DNA of 63,796 bases, the filler included, from Aduncisulcus paluster (taxonomy: Eukaryota), in NCBI GenBank assembly GCA_024181965.1. It is 5 parts of 5 records of this genome, joined end to end, with 100 filler letters (N's around TTAATTAATTAA, not from the genome) between each part and the next. Parts side by side here need not be neighbours in the genome. Positions count along the whole stretch, not along the records: positions 1 to 8,920 come from BQXS01012606.1; positions 9,021 to 19,789 come from BQXS01012607.1; 3 more parts are not named here. One strand, written 5' to 3'. A model generated the notes under the pieces. It had not been told where the DNA came from. It was given only the letters and a program-made list of their open reading frames with translations, and searched no databases. Made by a program: the position numbers and the translations under genes. Positions within the stretch are counted from its first letter, which is position 1. Every line of letters begins with the position of its first letter. Positions 1-12,962 of this stretch are shown here, one piece after another.

Positions 1-94
<94 letters not shown>

Positions 95-546
95 CTAAAT
101 TTTTGAAGTGGGAAACAAAAACTTGTTAGAGGAGAATGATAAAAGATCAAATTTAAGATGAAATAACACAACATACTGTTTAAACTATTAACAAAGTTAA
201 CAAAATATTATGTCGTAGAGTTCACAGATGTGAAAGTGCAAATTTTAATTTGCAATAAGATATTTGAATTGTTCATTTGTTTTTATAAAAATAAAGAATT
301 TAAATATTGGTGAACTTTGCCTATACAAAGCTCCAAATGAATTATCGGAAATATTGGGATTCTTGCTTATTGGGGGTAAAAAAAATTGATTTGAACCATT
401 CAAATTCATGGATTGGTTTGATATATATTTTTTTATTGGAATATTTAATTGTTCCGGAGACGTAGACAGAAAATAAGGAAACAGACAGGAAGAACAAATT
501 TATTGAATCACATTGAATATATTTTTAGAAAAGATAAAAAAACTCG

Positions 547-831
547 TTAGCGAGCTCTAAATTCTTGAGCTAATTAAGGACAAATAGAAAATTTATGAGA
601 AATGAATAGAGAATCTGAAATAAATAACATGAAAATATCAACATACGTTGAGAAGTACGTTTTTTGTATAAAATTAAGTGTCCACATTCGGGGCATGTGA
701 TCATTTGGTTGATATCAACCTTCACTTCAGTCTGGCAAGCTAAAACAATTAAATCCATTAATAAGTAAGTTAATCAAATTTATCACTGGAGTAGAAAAAT
801 ATTACATACAAGCACAAATATACTCGGGCAT
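547..831 (-). CDS. RPB12: RNA polymerase I/II/III shared subunit RPABC4/RPB12; 3 exons (831-810, 739-647, 569-547)
   Basis: Removing two GTATGT..TAG introns (809-740, 646-570) gives MPEYICASCQTEVKVDINQMITCPECGHLILYKKRTSQPQEFRAR*. This has the CxxC..CxxC zinc ribbon, YKKRT and the FxAR end typical of RPB12. Confidence 0.93.
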
Positions 832-1023
832 AGAAAGTCTTACAAACAGAGATTTCAATTTCATTTTTGATGGTTGTTCTTTCAAGCTGATATTCCTCGT
901 AAATCGGATCCATTTATATAAAATCTTCTATTTTTATTAATTTTTCATTGAAATTCACACCATATATTGAATAATACCAAGCAAAAAGTCTTTAAGATCA
1001 AATTGATCTGCTGGAATAATAAA

Positions 1024-1107
1024 TGCACGAAGTGGGATTCGAACCCACGCGTGGTAATCCACACAAGATCCTTAGTCTTGCGCCTTAGACCACTCGGCCA
1101 TCCGTGC
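1024..1107 (-). tRNA. tRNA-Leu(AAG), class II with long variable arm
   Basis: Minus strand: GCACGGA acceptor, TGGCCGAGTGGTCTAAGGC D-arm, CAAGA-CT-AAG-GA-TCTTG anticodon arm, variable arm, GTGGGTTCGAATCCCAC T-arm, TTCGTGCA end. Confidence 0.96.
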
Positions 1108-1779
1108 TGCTTCTATTTTTTATGAAATTATGTGTATTGAGGAGAAATTTTAAAAATATACCGAACTAATTATTAATTAACCTTACTTTCTTCATTGGTC
1201 AAATTTAATACTAAATTGAATGATTAAACAGTTGATAGTGAACCAAATTAATCGATTTATTCCAAGGTCGAATTCCAACATGAGCTCATTGAACCGACAC
1301 AAAAGTAGGTCAACGAGAGAGATCCTATCTGTAAGATTAAGTAAAATGAGGAAATTGGGGCGCTGGAAAACATATCAGACACTATAACCAAAAAAGCAAA
1401 AAAGTGATGAAAAATCCTGCATGCATCTCATCTCAAAAGGATCAATATCCACACGTTATCCATTTTTGGAACTCCATTGACGAAACCAGAGAACTAAGAG
1501 TATAATATATATCGCTCAAATGGAACAAAGAGAGAAGTTTTCTTATTATTAGACCCAGTTGCTGCTGCGAACAGGCATTCCCTGTATCCCTTACTCGAAC
1601 TTTCGCCACATTGGGTATTGTTCCCTCAACCCCACCCACGAAGAAATTACCTCATCTCTTCATGAAGAAGACAGACGGGTAACTGGACTGGTTCAGGATC
1701 CAGCGTCTTGGTAATGTCGAGGAGAGTGAGTATTCACTACTCTCCGGAGCCGAGAAGAAGAAAGCCAGGGTGACAGAGT

Positions 1780-2740
1780 GTTCAGCTGCACCTAGTATTA
1801 CAATTAATGTTTCTATCAGAACAACACTGGCTGAACTGTTTCGAGGACTCGTCATTAGAGATCCAAAACCCTTCCAAAATGGGAAAATAGGTCGGGTGAG
1901 CCTGGTAAGAACGAACGGAGAAAGTGTTCTTATATAAAAATAGGGGGAAATGTTGCGAGAATTGGAGAAACGCCAATCTTTTTCCCATATTGCGGAGGAA
2001 TTACGATCCCAACCTACGATGTCAACCTGATGATCCATAAAACTGCTTCCGAACAGTGAAACCATTGAATCCGGCTTCTTTTGCTCCAACTTTCCTTCAC
2101 ACTTTCCCTCTTGTCATTTGTGCAAGGTCAAAGGTCATCTCATCAAGGCAACAAGTGTTGAAGGTATGCAATCCTGCTTGGACTCGCAAGATTAATCGGT
2201 GTACAACAAGANNNNNNNNNNNNNNNNNNNNACGATCCCAACCTACGATGTCAACCTGATGATCCATAAAACTGCTTCCGAACAGTGAAACCATTGAATC
2301 CGGCTTCTTTTGCTCCAACTTTCCTTCACACTTTCCCTCTTGTCATTTGTGCAAGGTCAAAGGTCATCTCATCAAGGCAACAAGTGTTGAAGGTATGCAA
2401 TCCTGCTTGGACTCGCAAGATTAATCGGTGTACAACAAGATCGGCCTTAATGGCTCTCCTAGCTTTTGAAGGCTCCCGTTGCGTATAGCCTTGACGTTTT
2501 GATGCTCTTGAAACAGTAGATGTACTCCAGCAATAGAAGCAATTTTTTTTTGGCTTGCCCCTGGAAACTTTTTAATAATTTCAACAATCTTTTCGTCACT
2601 TCTAGTTCTTCTTTTTCCGCTCGGAATCTCGCCTTTAACCCAATGAGACTGTAGTTCGGGTATCTTCATTTCCCTTGAAGCTGCGGATATTGAATATTTT
2701 TGCTCACGTATTAGCTTTAAACATGCGTTTCGCTTCCATT
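1780..2740 (-). mobile_element. Degenerate IS630/Tc1-mariner-like transposase relic
   Basis: Fragments in the expected order: HTH-like (KYSISAASREMKIP; PGASQKKIASIAGV), first-Asp motif CCLDEMTFDLAQMTRGKV*RKVG, then HPTYFPILEGFW resembling SPDLNPIExxW. It has in-frame stops and frame changes, and no TIRs were found. Confidence 0.55.
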
Positions 2741-3205
2741 CAGGGACAACAATAAACAAAAAACGGTTATTTTCGGGCGAAAAGAAGAAAGGATGTGTTT
2801 GTGAGTGTGATCCAATCAAAATACAATTATTTGTTTTTTTGATTTTTATATTAGATTTCTTTGATTAATTTTTCTCATCCCTTTTTTTAGAGCAAAGTAC
2901 TCGTTTATATTGATCATCAGGAGATCGATCTGTTGTTCGTTTTGCAGTTTTCTCTGTTCCCAAAAACATTGTATGTACCATTATGCCATTATTATGATTT
3001 TTTTAGTCCTTTATGTGTATTTTATCCTTATTGATAAATTTTATTTTATATTTCATCCTGTAATAGTTTCACTGTGATTTACTTTTCTAATGTGGCCATT
3101 TTCGAAAAAGGTATGGTATCTTGATATTGTTTTGTTGTTAAATATTAATTGTATGCTAATTTACAATCTTTAAATTCTTTTTTCTTTCTCTGTGACTATT
3201 TTTAG

Positions 3206-6200
3206 GTGACTAAGAAGGCGATTTTTATTCGTAAAGGGGCGAGAAATAGCAATCCCATTCTGTTCGATAATCCTTCCCTTATTATCCCAGAGTTTTCCAA
3301 GATAGAAGCAGAAGCCGAGCTGGAGGGCCCGTTTGATTATTCAGAAAATGCCAGGGCTATTATGACGGGTGCGACAAATACTGAACTAGTTTTGTTTTCT
3401 GAAATTTCTGTTCCCTTTTCCTCTCCTCAGACCATTTTTGGGTGTTATGTTTGTGTACTGCAGTTGATTTTTCCATCTGATCTTTCTCTTATCCTCAAGA
3501 ACTCAAAAGGAAAGCGGATAAGTGTTTTAAAGTATTCCTTCCCGAAAGAGACTCTCTCTGGATGGTATTTCCTTCCCATTGATGTCCCTAACGTTACCAA
3601 ATGTATCATAGTCGGCAATTGCTCGCAGACTAAGGGCGGTTTTCCTCTCTCTGGGCTTCAATTTGTTAGAAAAGAGACCTCAAGGGAACGATCTCTTCGA
3701 GAAGAGAAGGAGGCCGCTAACAAAGAATTATGGTCCAAAGCTGTATGTTTTGCTATTGTTATTGTTTAATTTTATCTTGTTATTTGTACAGTATTTTACA
3801 AGGATTTATTTCTTCTCATCTTATTGTTTCTTTAATTATATCTATTTAGATTCATTGTTCTTCGACATTCATCAAACATGGAAAGTATGGATCTATTTTG
3901 ATTCCCCGCAGTGATCCCAGCGTTCTACTCCCTAATCTCACAAAATGTAAGGCGAAAAACTTGTGTAGAAGTACTAAGTCAGATGAATATAACGTGTCAG
4001 CTCAGTTCAAAGCTATGCTCCGGGGCGAAAGTTTGATTCCTGATATTAGTGGGCTGTATTTAAGTCACGGGACAGTTCCTTTTGCTTCTCCAAGTTGTAT
4101 CAAGGCCATTGCTATCTGTTTGGCCGATATCTCGGCGCCACGAATGCTATTTTCGTTCAAATTACAAGACGGAACCTCCGTTTCCAAAATGTATATATTT
4201 GATGAGAAGCCAGCGAATTTTGACTGGCATTTTCTTTCTGTTAATTTGGATGATGTGGTAAGCTGTAAAATTGAAGGGAAAGGTACATGGAAAGGAGACC
4301 CGGAGAACGATCAGTGTTTCTATATTTTGGATTTGATGTTCTTACGGAAAGAAACAAAAGAGGAAACCGCTGCTCGTATGGCAAAAGAACAACATTTTGA
4401 TAAGTTATTTGCTGAAACTGTATGTAAATTAGTTTTATATATATATATATATATTATAATTATTATATATTTTTCTTATTATCCTTTTTTTTTTTATTAT
4501 TATTATTATATGTAATAGTCAGCAGAGTTCACAGTATTGAAAGGGAAAGGGAGTTCAATTCCCATTTCAAAAGACCATCCAAGCAATATTCAGCTTTGTG
4601 TTGAGAGAATCACTGGATTTGACGAGACAAAGAGTGCTCCAGAAGAATACGATAAGTCAGGTGCCCTACGAGATTTATTGAGTGGAAAATCGAAGACTGA
4701 GGTTGAATTATCAAATATCGAGGTACGTTTCAGCACTCCTCACTATGTTAAGGGTGCTTATATTTGTATTAGTCGCTTCTTTAGCACTCCTTCCTTCTTC
4801 TTGATGCTATCCCATTCCAATGGAACTGTGACGGCCAAGAAGTATAAACTCCCGTGGAAAAAACATAATACAGAGTGGCACTACCTTCCTATCGATTCTG
4901 CCGATGTTGTATCCTGTGACATGTATGATAAGAAGACCTGCAAAACACCTCAAGTATTCCACTTATCCGCACTCATGTTCACTGAGAAACCTGAGTCTAA
5001 AGCTAAACCTCTTGTTCTTACATCGAAGAAACAAACTCAACTTAAGGGGACAAAGGAAAAGAAAGGGAAAGATACAAAACTAATAACGACCAATGCTTTT
5101 AGTAAGGTCAAATCAACTCCAAAACCTTCTGTTAAACCCCAAAAAACACAACCCGAAACAAAGAAATACAACGTTGTGAAACCAATACCAAAGAAAAAAG
5201 ACGTTAAGACATTTATTTCGGATAGTATGGCACAGTATGAGACATGTAAAGCTGTTTTCCTGTATGATGGTTTTATGACTGCCCTTCCTCTTTATCGTGA
5301 TGATACACGCGTAATTTCTCCCAATATATCGAAGATTAAAGGCATAAATCGTACGTTTTATCTTTCAGATCCTCGCTTTGATTGCTCTAAACAAGCCCAA
5401 CAAAGTCTCATTGGTCATTGGCATTTCCAAGGATTCACTGATGTTTCCGTTCCATTCAACCTTCCTTCAGATGTTAACGGTGCATATATATTTGTTGGGA
5501 AAGAAGTGGTGCCTCATTCGTTTCTCTTTACTTTTACATTGACTGATGGGAAACAGATTTCCAAGTTATTTGAATTTCCTGAAATTATTCATTTCAAGAA
5601 TTGGTTCTTCCTTCCAATTGGTGTTAAGAACGTGAATATGTGCCATATAACGTCTACCAATATGGAATACGACTTTGCTCTGCCTTCCCTTGTTTTTATT
5701 AGAGAAGAATCGAAACAGGAATTGTATGCACGAAAAGCTAAGGAAGCTTCTCATGAAAAGAAATGGTCTGAGGCTACCGTCGTACAAGCCAGATTTCTGT
5801 GTGGACCTAAAAAAGTTTGGGAATCAATGCTAATTTCGTCATATTGTAAACTCGAGCCGAAGATCAGTAAGATTAGTTCTAAAAATAGATCAATGTTGAA
5901 ACAGTCTGATATTTACGATTCCAGTCTCAAGGCTCAGGCTTTGATGCGTGGTAATGGGTCATTTTATGGTTCAAATATTTACATTCCCTTTGAACGTCCA
6001 AGTGTAATTCGTGGTGCAAACATTGTATTCGATGAATTTGGACCCATGGAACTCCTGTTTACTTTCACTCATGCCGATGGGAAAGTATCAGTCAAGAAAT
6101 TTGTATTTTCAAGACCAATTGATGGGGCTTCCATGAGTTTCCTCTACATTGGTTTGGAAAACGTTGTTGTATGTGAGATTGAAGGGAAAGGATCGTGGAA

Positions 6201-7653
6201 TTTGAAACGGGATCTATTATTTCACATTGGGAGTTTACAATTCCTCAAAAAACTTCCTGATTTGCCGTGTTACGACACTTCTGAATTCATTTCTTCTTCA
6301 TTAGTGGAGAATGAAGCAACTACAATATCAGATTCTTCGCTTGCTTCGAGTTCTCTTCCTGAAAAATCCTCAGTCGATCAAGATTCAGGTCCTAAAGATG
6401 ATAAAATCTTGCCAAAGCACGACTCATTAACCCTGACTTCTGCATCCACCATCGTTCCTCAGTGCATCATCGGCAGTGGTGGGTTCGGGGAGGTTCTTCT
6501 TGTGAAAGTTGATGGCATTCCTTTCCCATGTGTTCTGAAGAAGATGCTTCGAGTTGCAGACAAAAAGGTTGTGAAAGGGTGTCGGAAGGAGTTTAAGGTG
6601 CAACTCAAGTTATTCACGAATCCCAAATGTTTCAACCGTATCCCACGTCCCTTGTATATCTTTGACCTTCTTGATGCAGATTTTCATGGTGTGTATGGTT
6701 TCTTGATGGAATTTTGTGTTGGAGGCAGTGTGAGTTCGTTTGCAAAGAGTTGGTGTGCAGATGGCAAGTATGTGAGTGTTGATGAGGATGAGGATGAGTC
6801 CTCTGATTCAGACTCAGACTCAGACTCCCCAAGTTCCACTCCCTTCAATCCCATGACACTGAATCCTGTGAAAGTCTGTTCTCTCTGTGTGGGGATGATT
6901 GAATGTCTTGATGATGTATTCACGGCCAAACCAAAGCTTATTCACCGAGACATCAAACCTGACAACTTCCTTGTTCGTGTTGATCCTGATTCAAAGAAAT
7001 GCACTGTTGTTCTCTCTGATCTTGGTTTTGTTCAGATTCAGGATTCTATCTCCTCTTCAACCTCCTCCAAGAGTTTTTGTGCGCCTCCTCCGTCGAAATT
7101 AGTTAAACTTCCTCAAAAACGATCAATCTGTGGAACTCTTGTGTATAATTCCTTTCAAGCTCTGTCTGGAATCCAAAGTCAGGCCAGTGATGGTTATTCT
7201 CTTGGAATATCCATCCTTTCCTTGTTTTTGTGTCGAATTCCATTCTTCCAGATACCGGTGCTTCGTGGAATTGAGGACAAGATGGAATTTATTGATTCTC
7301 TTATGAATCTTATCGAGAAGAATAGAACAACAAAACTCATTGATGTTCCTCTTTTCAAATTACTTTTAACCATAGATGACGGGAAGTTTGTTCCGGTTCA
7401 TCGTTGTTTGAATGAAGTGTTCACTGGTTTGACACAAAAAGATGAAGAAGACAGGATGAGTGTGCACCAAGCCAAAATGAAGGTTCAATCCATCAAACCA
7501 TTACTTCCAGAGATTGGAGATGGATGGGAATATCCAAGCATTGAAGACATTATTTCTGAGCAACGCAAGAAATATGGTGGGTGTGGATCTATTTCTGGTC
7601 TTGAGAGTGTTGATATGCATGATGGATGGGATATGAGCAAGAAAAAGGAATAA
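3206..7653 (+). CDS. Ser/Thr kinase with five tandem N-terminal ~170-aa repeat modules; exons 3206-3742, 3850-4419, 4519-7653 (first exon not located)
   Basis: Phase-0 GTATGT..TAG introns at 3743-3849 and 4420-4518 join three ORFs. Kinase motifs: GSGGFGEV, CVLKK, HRDIKPDN, DLG, CGTLVY, SDGYSLG. Repeat consensus: ISIPF..P..KGAYI..LFTFT..DG..KYEF..WYFLPID..V..C.I. Confidence 0.88.
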
Positions 7654-8167
7654 GAATGACAATTGAGTTATCTATTTTTTTATTTCATGCATTCGTCAGA
7701 TTTCATTCAATCACAGCTTGAAGATGTTTTTTTTGTGTTTAATTTAATACTGAAGAACAGAATAGGAAATTTCTTTTTCTATTAAAAATGTGATAATCAG
7801 AAACAAAGTGCTTAAAATTTGTGTTTTAGACAAGATAATGTGAAAATAGTTTTTTCATTTCTATTTTTAGAAATTCTATTTTTAGATTTCAAAAAAATGT
7901 TCTCCTTAATATCGACAAATGTCCAAGAATATCATGAGAAATATAACTTTTTTCTCATCAGGTGCTTGTTAATTAGTAAACCATTATTATTCGATAACAT
8001 CCCTCAAGTCCATCCCCCCTTTTTCACTCACACAATGACTTTGACATCTATGGGATAATCTCTTTGATGAAATCCATCTGATGTATGTCTCTCGAAACTC
8101 GATGCGTAACCCTTTTCTTTTGAGGCCATAAAAGGTTTCAATCATGTTTACTACTCTAAAAAACTTC

Positions 8168-8920
8168 TTATTTCATGTGCCTCCGCTTCCTCCAATGTTT
8201 CTTCTTCTGTTTCTTTGTCTCAGCTTTCTCACGCTTTTTCTTTATCTTCTGGATCCTCCTCTTCCTCTCTTCTCTCTCCTCCTCTTGTTTCTGACGTTTC
8301 AGAGCAGCTTCATCCAGTTCCACTTCTTCCACATCATCTCCTGGTCTCCTCATATCAATCAGAATCTCAAAAATGGCCTCCAAAATCTTCCGTCTTTTCT
8401 TACCTATGCCAGCAGCATTATAACACAAACGCACAATAGTAAACAGAGTGGCCTCTTCCCCCGCTTCCTCTTCCTCTTCCTCTTCCTCTTGTGAGTTCTG
8501 TTCATTTTCTCCTTGCTTCTCTTTATCTTCACCCTCCTTCTCTGCCTCTTTCTTTTCTTCTGCCTCTTGTTCTTCCCCATTGAAGAGATCGTCAGGAAGA
8601 GGAATACAACCACCCCACAATGCCAACCCATCATCATCTTTCTGGGCAGCAAATTCCTTCACCATTCGTCTCACTCTCACACATATCTCCATTCGAGTGC
8701 ACGTAGCACATATGGAAATGAAGGGAAGAAATAGCTCTCCAAGCTTAGAACAATGAGGGAAAGCTTGGCCATCATACACGAAGGGTTCCCAAGGTTCATT
8801 TGAAGGAAGGTCTTCCTCTTCCTCCTCTTCCTCCTCTTCCTGTCCTTCTGTCACAAGCTTCTCAGAAGTTGATTTTGTTTTGCTTCTTTTTGAGGCAGGA
8901 ACATCTTCATCACTTCTGAC
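8168..8920 (-). CDS. C-terminal part of an acidic/basic low-complexity protein, possibly Rrp1/Nop52-like; 5' end lost at scaffold break
   Basis: Long open frame with E-rich tracts and a K/R-rich tail. LFLPFISICAT..RVRR and IVRLCYNAA..KKRRKIL loosely resemble Nop52 helices. Confidence 0.4.
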   Translation of the reverse strand, partial: VRSDEDVPASKRSKTKSTSEKLVTEGQEEEEEEEEEDLPSNEPWEPFVYDGQAFPHCSKLGELFLPFISICATCTRMEICVRVRRMVKEFAAQKDDDGLALWGGCIPLPDDLFNGEEQEAEEKKEAEKEGEDKEKQGENEQNSQEEEEEEEEAGEEATLFTIVRLCYNAAGIGKKRRKILEAIFEILIDMRRPGDDVEEVELDEAALKRQKQEEEREERKRRIQKIKKKREKAETKKQKKKHWRKRRHMK

Positions 8921-9020
8921 NNNNNNNNNNNNNNNNNNNNNNNNNNNNNNNNNNNNNNNNNNNNTTAATTAATTAANNNNNNNNNNNNNNNNNNNNNNNN
9001 NNNNNNNNNNNNNNNNNNNN
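8921..9020. other. Artificial scaffold-joining spacer
   Basis: N44-TTAATTAATTAA-N44 gives stops in all six frames. The same spacer recurs three more times. Confidence 0.97.
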
Positions 9021-12000
9021 TCATTACGAGCTTTTCCAGCAGTTATCCAGTCTTTCCACAGAGGTTTCACAAGCTGAGTCCATCCAGATCCGACAGAAAT
9101 AGATAGAGCGCTTGTTAGAGGAATAAATAGAGATAAAAGAGAATAGATCGGTGTGAAAAAGGATTTCAACTCACACCGATGGGGGGTTTTAACTTGTTCT
9201 GAAGGAGGGAGCAGAGGGAAAGAAGGAAAGGATTCAGCTGAACAAACACAGAGTTTTGAAGAAGAAGACTTTCGTAACATTTTTTTCTCTTTCTTCTTCA
9301 TTCCAGACAGACCACTTTCATCCATCTTTCCATCTTCCGGCATTATAGTGAATCCTACGCTTTTATCTTCTCTGTCTATACTCTCTGTCTCACCTCCATC
9401 ACACACTTCTTTCTGCAGAGCTGATGAAGAAGGAGATATTGCTGATGATTTATATATATCTTCTTCCTCTTCGCTGTCCACTTCGAGTCGATTCCAAATA
9501 GAATTAAGAGTCGTAACCATATTATCGACCCTAACAATATTGTTCTTTATCCATTCAACTCTCTGATTGTTCACAACACACTTCATGTTCGTCTCATTAA
9601 GATTGGACAAAGCTTCGTCAGACATGGATAAAAACATGTGAATATGAGTGAATAGTCGAGGAATATACTGGTACAATACAAGATTTGCAAGACAAGACGG
9701 TATTCTTTTGTCACTGGATACAGATTCCTCTCCCCTTTCCCCTTCTTCTCCTTCTTCTTCTCCTTCTCCGTCTTTTCCTTCATGAACTTTCTCAGAATCA
9801 ATCCTTTGTAGCTTGGCATTGACCCTGTTAAATTCCTCGTATATATCCTTTTCAAGGTTACGAACAGAAACCAAACGTTGCTCTTCTTCCTCATTTCGAA
9901 CTGCAATCGAAAGAGAAGAGAAGAAGAAGAAGAAAGAGGAAGAAGAGGAGGAAGAAGAAGGGATAAAACCTTTCAAAGGTGTTAAGAAACGAGGAGAGAA
10001 AGAGGAGGATTGGATGATTCTATCAGCATCAAACAAAGGTCTTCTTAATACAGCCCCAGAACTCTGCAGTTCCTCTTCTTTCCGCTTAGACCCTTCCCTT
10101 TCAAAGGCAGCCATTACTTCTTTCCTCCGCTGAACACTCCACTTAAGTCCCATCATCTGCCATTTCTCTTTCTCAGATCCAAAAATAGCAATCACTGGAA
10201 GTGAAGCGGAAGAAGAGAGAGAAGAAGAGGAGGAAGAAGAGAGAGAGGAAGAGATGGCTGGAAGTTTAGAGAACAAACGGCACCCTTCTTGTTCAATTCG
10301 TAATCTTTGAGAGTCGATATAATCATTTAATATCCTGAATTGCACATGTGGAGGGGAAGAGAGAAAACACGAGTGGATATACAGCTTCAGAGCAATCAAA
10401 TATCTACGAAGTTTTAGATAACTGAATGAATCAGAAATGGATTCGTTGAATTGCTGAATATGATCGAAATAACTCTTTTCTGCGTCAAGAACAGACGGAG
10501 TTCGTTTCCGAATACTACCACTTGACTTATCGCTATTCCCAAGTGAGATATCAGGATCCTGCAATGGAATAAAGAATAATTTCTTTGGAAATAAGGCTTC
10601 TGTGGCCTTATCCAGACGAAAATGATTCTTTTCATGCAAATCTTCCTCATAAAGTGGAATAAACGATAGAAATCTCTCACATCCTGCCTGTTGAGTGGAA
10701 GCAGAAGCAGAAGAAGCAGAAGAAGCAGAAGAAGCAGAAGCAGAGGAAGAGGAAGAGGAAGAAGCAGACAGAGAAACAGGAGTGGTGCCTTCAGGTGTTG
10801 TCTGAATCGATGGTGTCTCAGCTATCGTCATGGGTTCTGCATCATCGTCAGATGCAGGCGACATGGACGAGGCTCCAGATATATTCCTTTTCCTTTGTTT
10901 CCTCTCTTCTTCTCTCTTAATGCGATCTTTAGCAGACTCTCCGCATATATGAAGTGCCCATTTACGGCTCCATCTGGCCACTCGCATATTCTCCATCCAA
11001 TACTCGCTCCACACAGATCCCAATGAGACAACAACAGAATCAACAGTCTCAAGGGCTTCCAGGGCAATGTCATACCGCTGCAAGATACACATAATCCAGA
11101 TGAAAGCATCGACTGTGGACAGATATAAAAGGAGAGTGTTGTCTGAGAAGGAGAAGAGAGAAGAAGAGATGATGGAGGGAAGGTTATCGAAATTGAAATT
11201 AGGTTGGGAAGAACGATCACTAACAGGAACAGATTTGGGCATATTGGATTTTGAAACATTCCTTTTTATCTTCACTTCATTTAGCTTGATGGGAGAAGAA
11301 CTCTCTTCCTTTTCTTCGTTCTCCTCTTCTTCTTCTCCCTTTTTGTCTTCCTTCTCCTCTTCGTTCTCTTCTTCTTCTCCCTTCTCATCTTCTTTCTCTT
11401 CTCCTTCTTTCTCTTCTCCTTCCGCAACACTTTGTGGATGACACGGATCTTGTGGACATGGATCTTGGGATCTACCATCGATATATCTTGCAATCAGCCT
11501 CCTTCTCTTCAAATCAAGACTTAGGAGGTGCTGTAGGTTCTGATACATTGACTGGATTCTGGAGGAGTCTCTCCACATACCAACGTCAGACACACATGCA
11601 GAGAGACGAACAGCAAGGAAGTGAGCTATATCCACGCTGAGAACACGAAGAAACTCTTTCCAGAGTAACTGAGCCGAAGAACCAGACACTCTATTGAATA
11701 TACCTGTCTTTGCAGTAAGATATGAGGGATCTATGGATACGGTCGCTGTGGATGTTGCAAGGGATGGAACAGGAGAGGGAGTCTCGGAATTAGGGCCAGA
11801 GGGATTCAGTGTTTTGAGAGAAGACATCCCAAGGTCTTCATAACTATTAATAGAAGAGTGTGAGAAAGAAGAAAACAACTCCATGGAAGGCGGGACACCA
11901 CCTGGAACTCCCAGGAAGAGTGGAATAACTCGGAATGGTTGAGAGAGGGGATCAGATCCAAACACAGATGAACCACCTGCAGCGCTTTTAATTTTATCCA

Positions 12001-12769
12001 TTTTCTGCCGAATACCTTTCGGTAATTGACCGGTTGATATCGGTTTGGGAATTTCACTTGATTGTTGAGCTGGTTTGCTCTTGTAAGGATGTATAGGCAC
12101 AACAACAATTAATCCCCTGTCTACTTTATACTTGTTACTCAACGTTTCTTTCCATCGTCGCACTATGCCGATAAGAGTCTTGGCATTGGATTTCTCTGAG
12201 ACAGCTAAAAGTAATATATCATAAAATGGAAGTTTAACATGAAATCTGGGTAAATACCACGTCAGATTAGAAGATAATCGATACGACGAGGAACGTTCTC
12301 TTCCAGAGTCTGATCTACTTCTAGAAGTGTCAATTGCATCCGAAACAAATTTTTCTTCACGCTGGGTCCTCTGCATAATAAAGTTCTTATGAAAGATATC
12401 CTCTGTGAAAGGAGCTGGACATTGATGGGCCCAAAAATGAGAGGAGGCATTCTCTCTATGATCTTTAATAGCATCAATATATGCACGATCTTCAGAACTC
12501 CCTTCTTGTCGAATAAATGATAGTTTTAATTGTGGAATTTTCAAATTATATACTGGCACTGTAATATTATTAAGAACAAGGCTTGGAAGAACAAGAATAA
12601 GTTCTTTTTCAACCAAAGGCCATAAATTGCCATTATCAGCATCATCTGAATAATAAAATGGTGTGTAACATTAAGAAAACGAATGTGAGAGACAGAAAAA
12701 CAAAAAGAACAGTATTTAAGAAGAGAAAAAAAATCTTTACATACACATGATGCTAATTCTTGTATCCAT
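9021..12769 (-). CDS. TRS130: TRAPP II subunit TRAPPC10/Trs130-like, 3'-truncated; exon 1 12769-12745, intron 12744-12646
   Basis: Spliced N-terminus MDTRISIMYDADNGNLWPLVEKELILVLP. The blocks PFYDILLLAVSE..VRRW..LIVVV, DAFIWIMCILQRYDIALEALE and FSYLKLRRYLIA follow the order of conserved TRAPPC10 N-terminal blocks. Confidence 0.65.
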
Positions 12770-12962
12770 TATTGTTGTGTGTTCTCAAAACTCTGACATT
12801 TTTCTCGGAATCCATACTGACGCAATCGTAATTCAAATTTATTATTAACAATATGAAAATACAAATAGATAAAATTTAATGTAATATTTATATATTAAAT
12901 TGCCTCATATATTTCAATGAAAGGACTAGAAAGAAAAAGCCCATTTTGAAAGCCATACCACA

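Noticed and set aside
8144..8756. Many Ser/Phe/Leu-rich antisense ORFs here and throughout (e.g. 37158-37729, 39418-40161)
   Set aside because: They are shadow frames of GAA-rich or long real CDSs on the opposite strand.
8965..8976. TTAATTAATTAA palindrome recurring four times
   Set aside because: It is embedded in N-runs and is a synthetic six-frame stop linker. Gene adjacency across it is meaningless, including the kinase and HAD genes facing each other at 61477.
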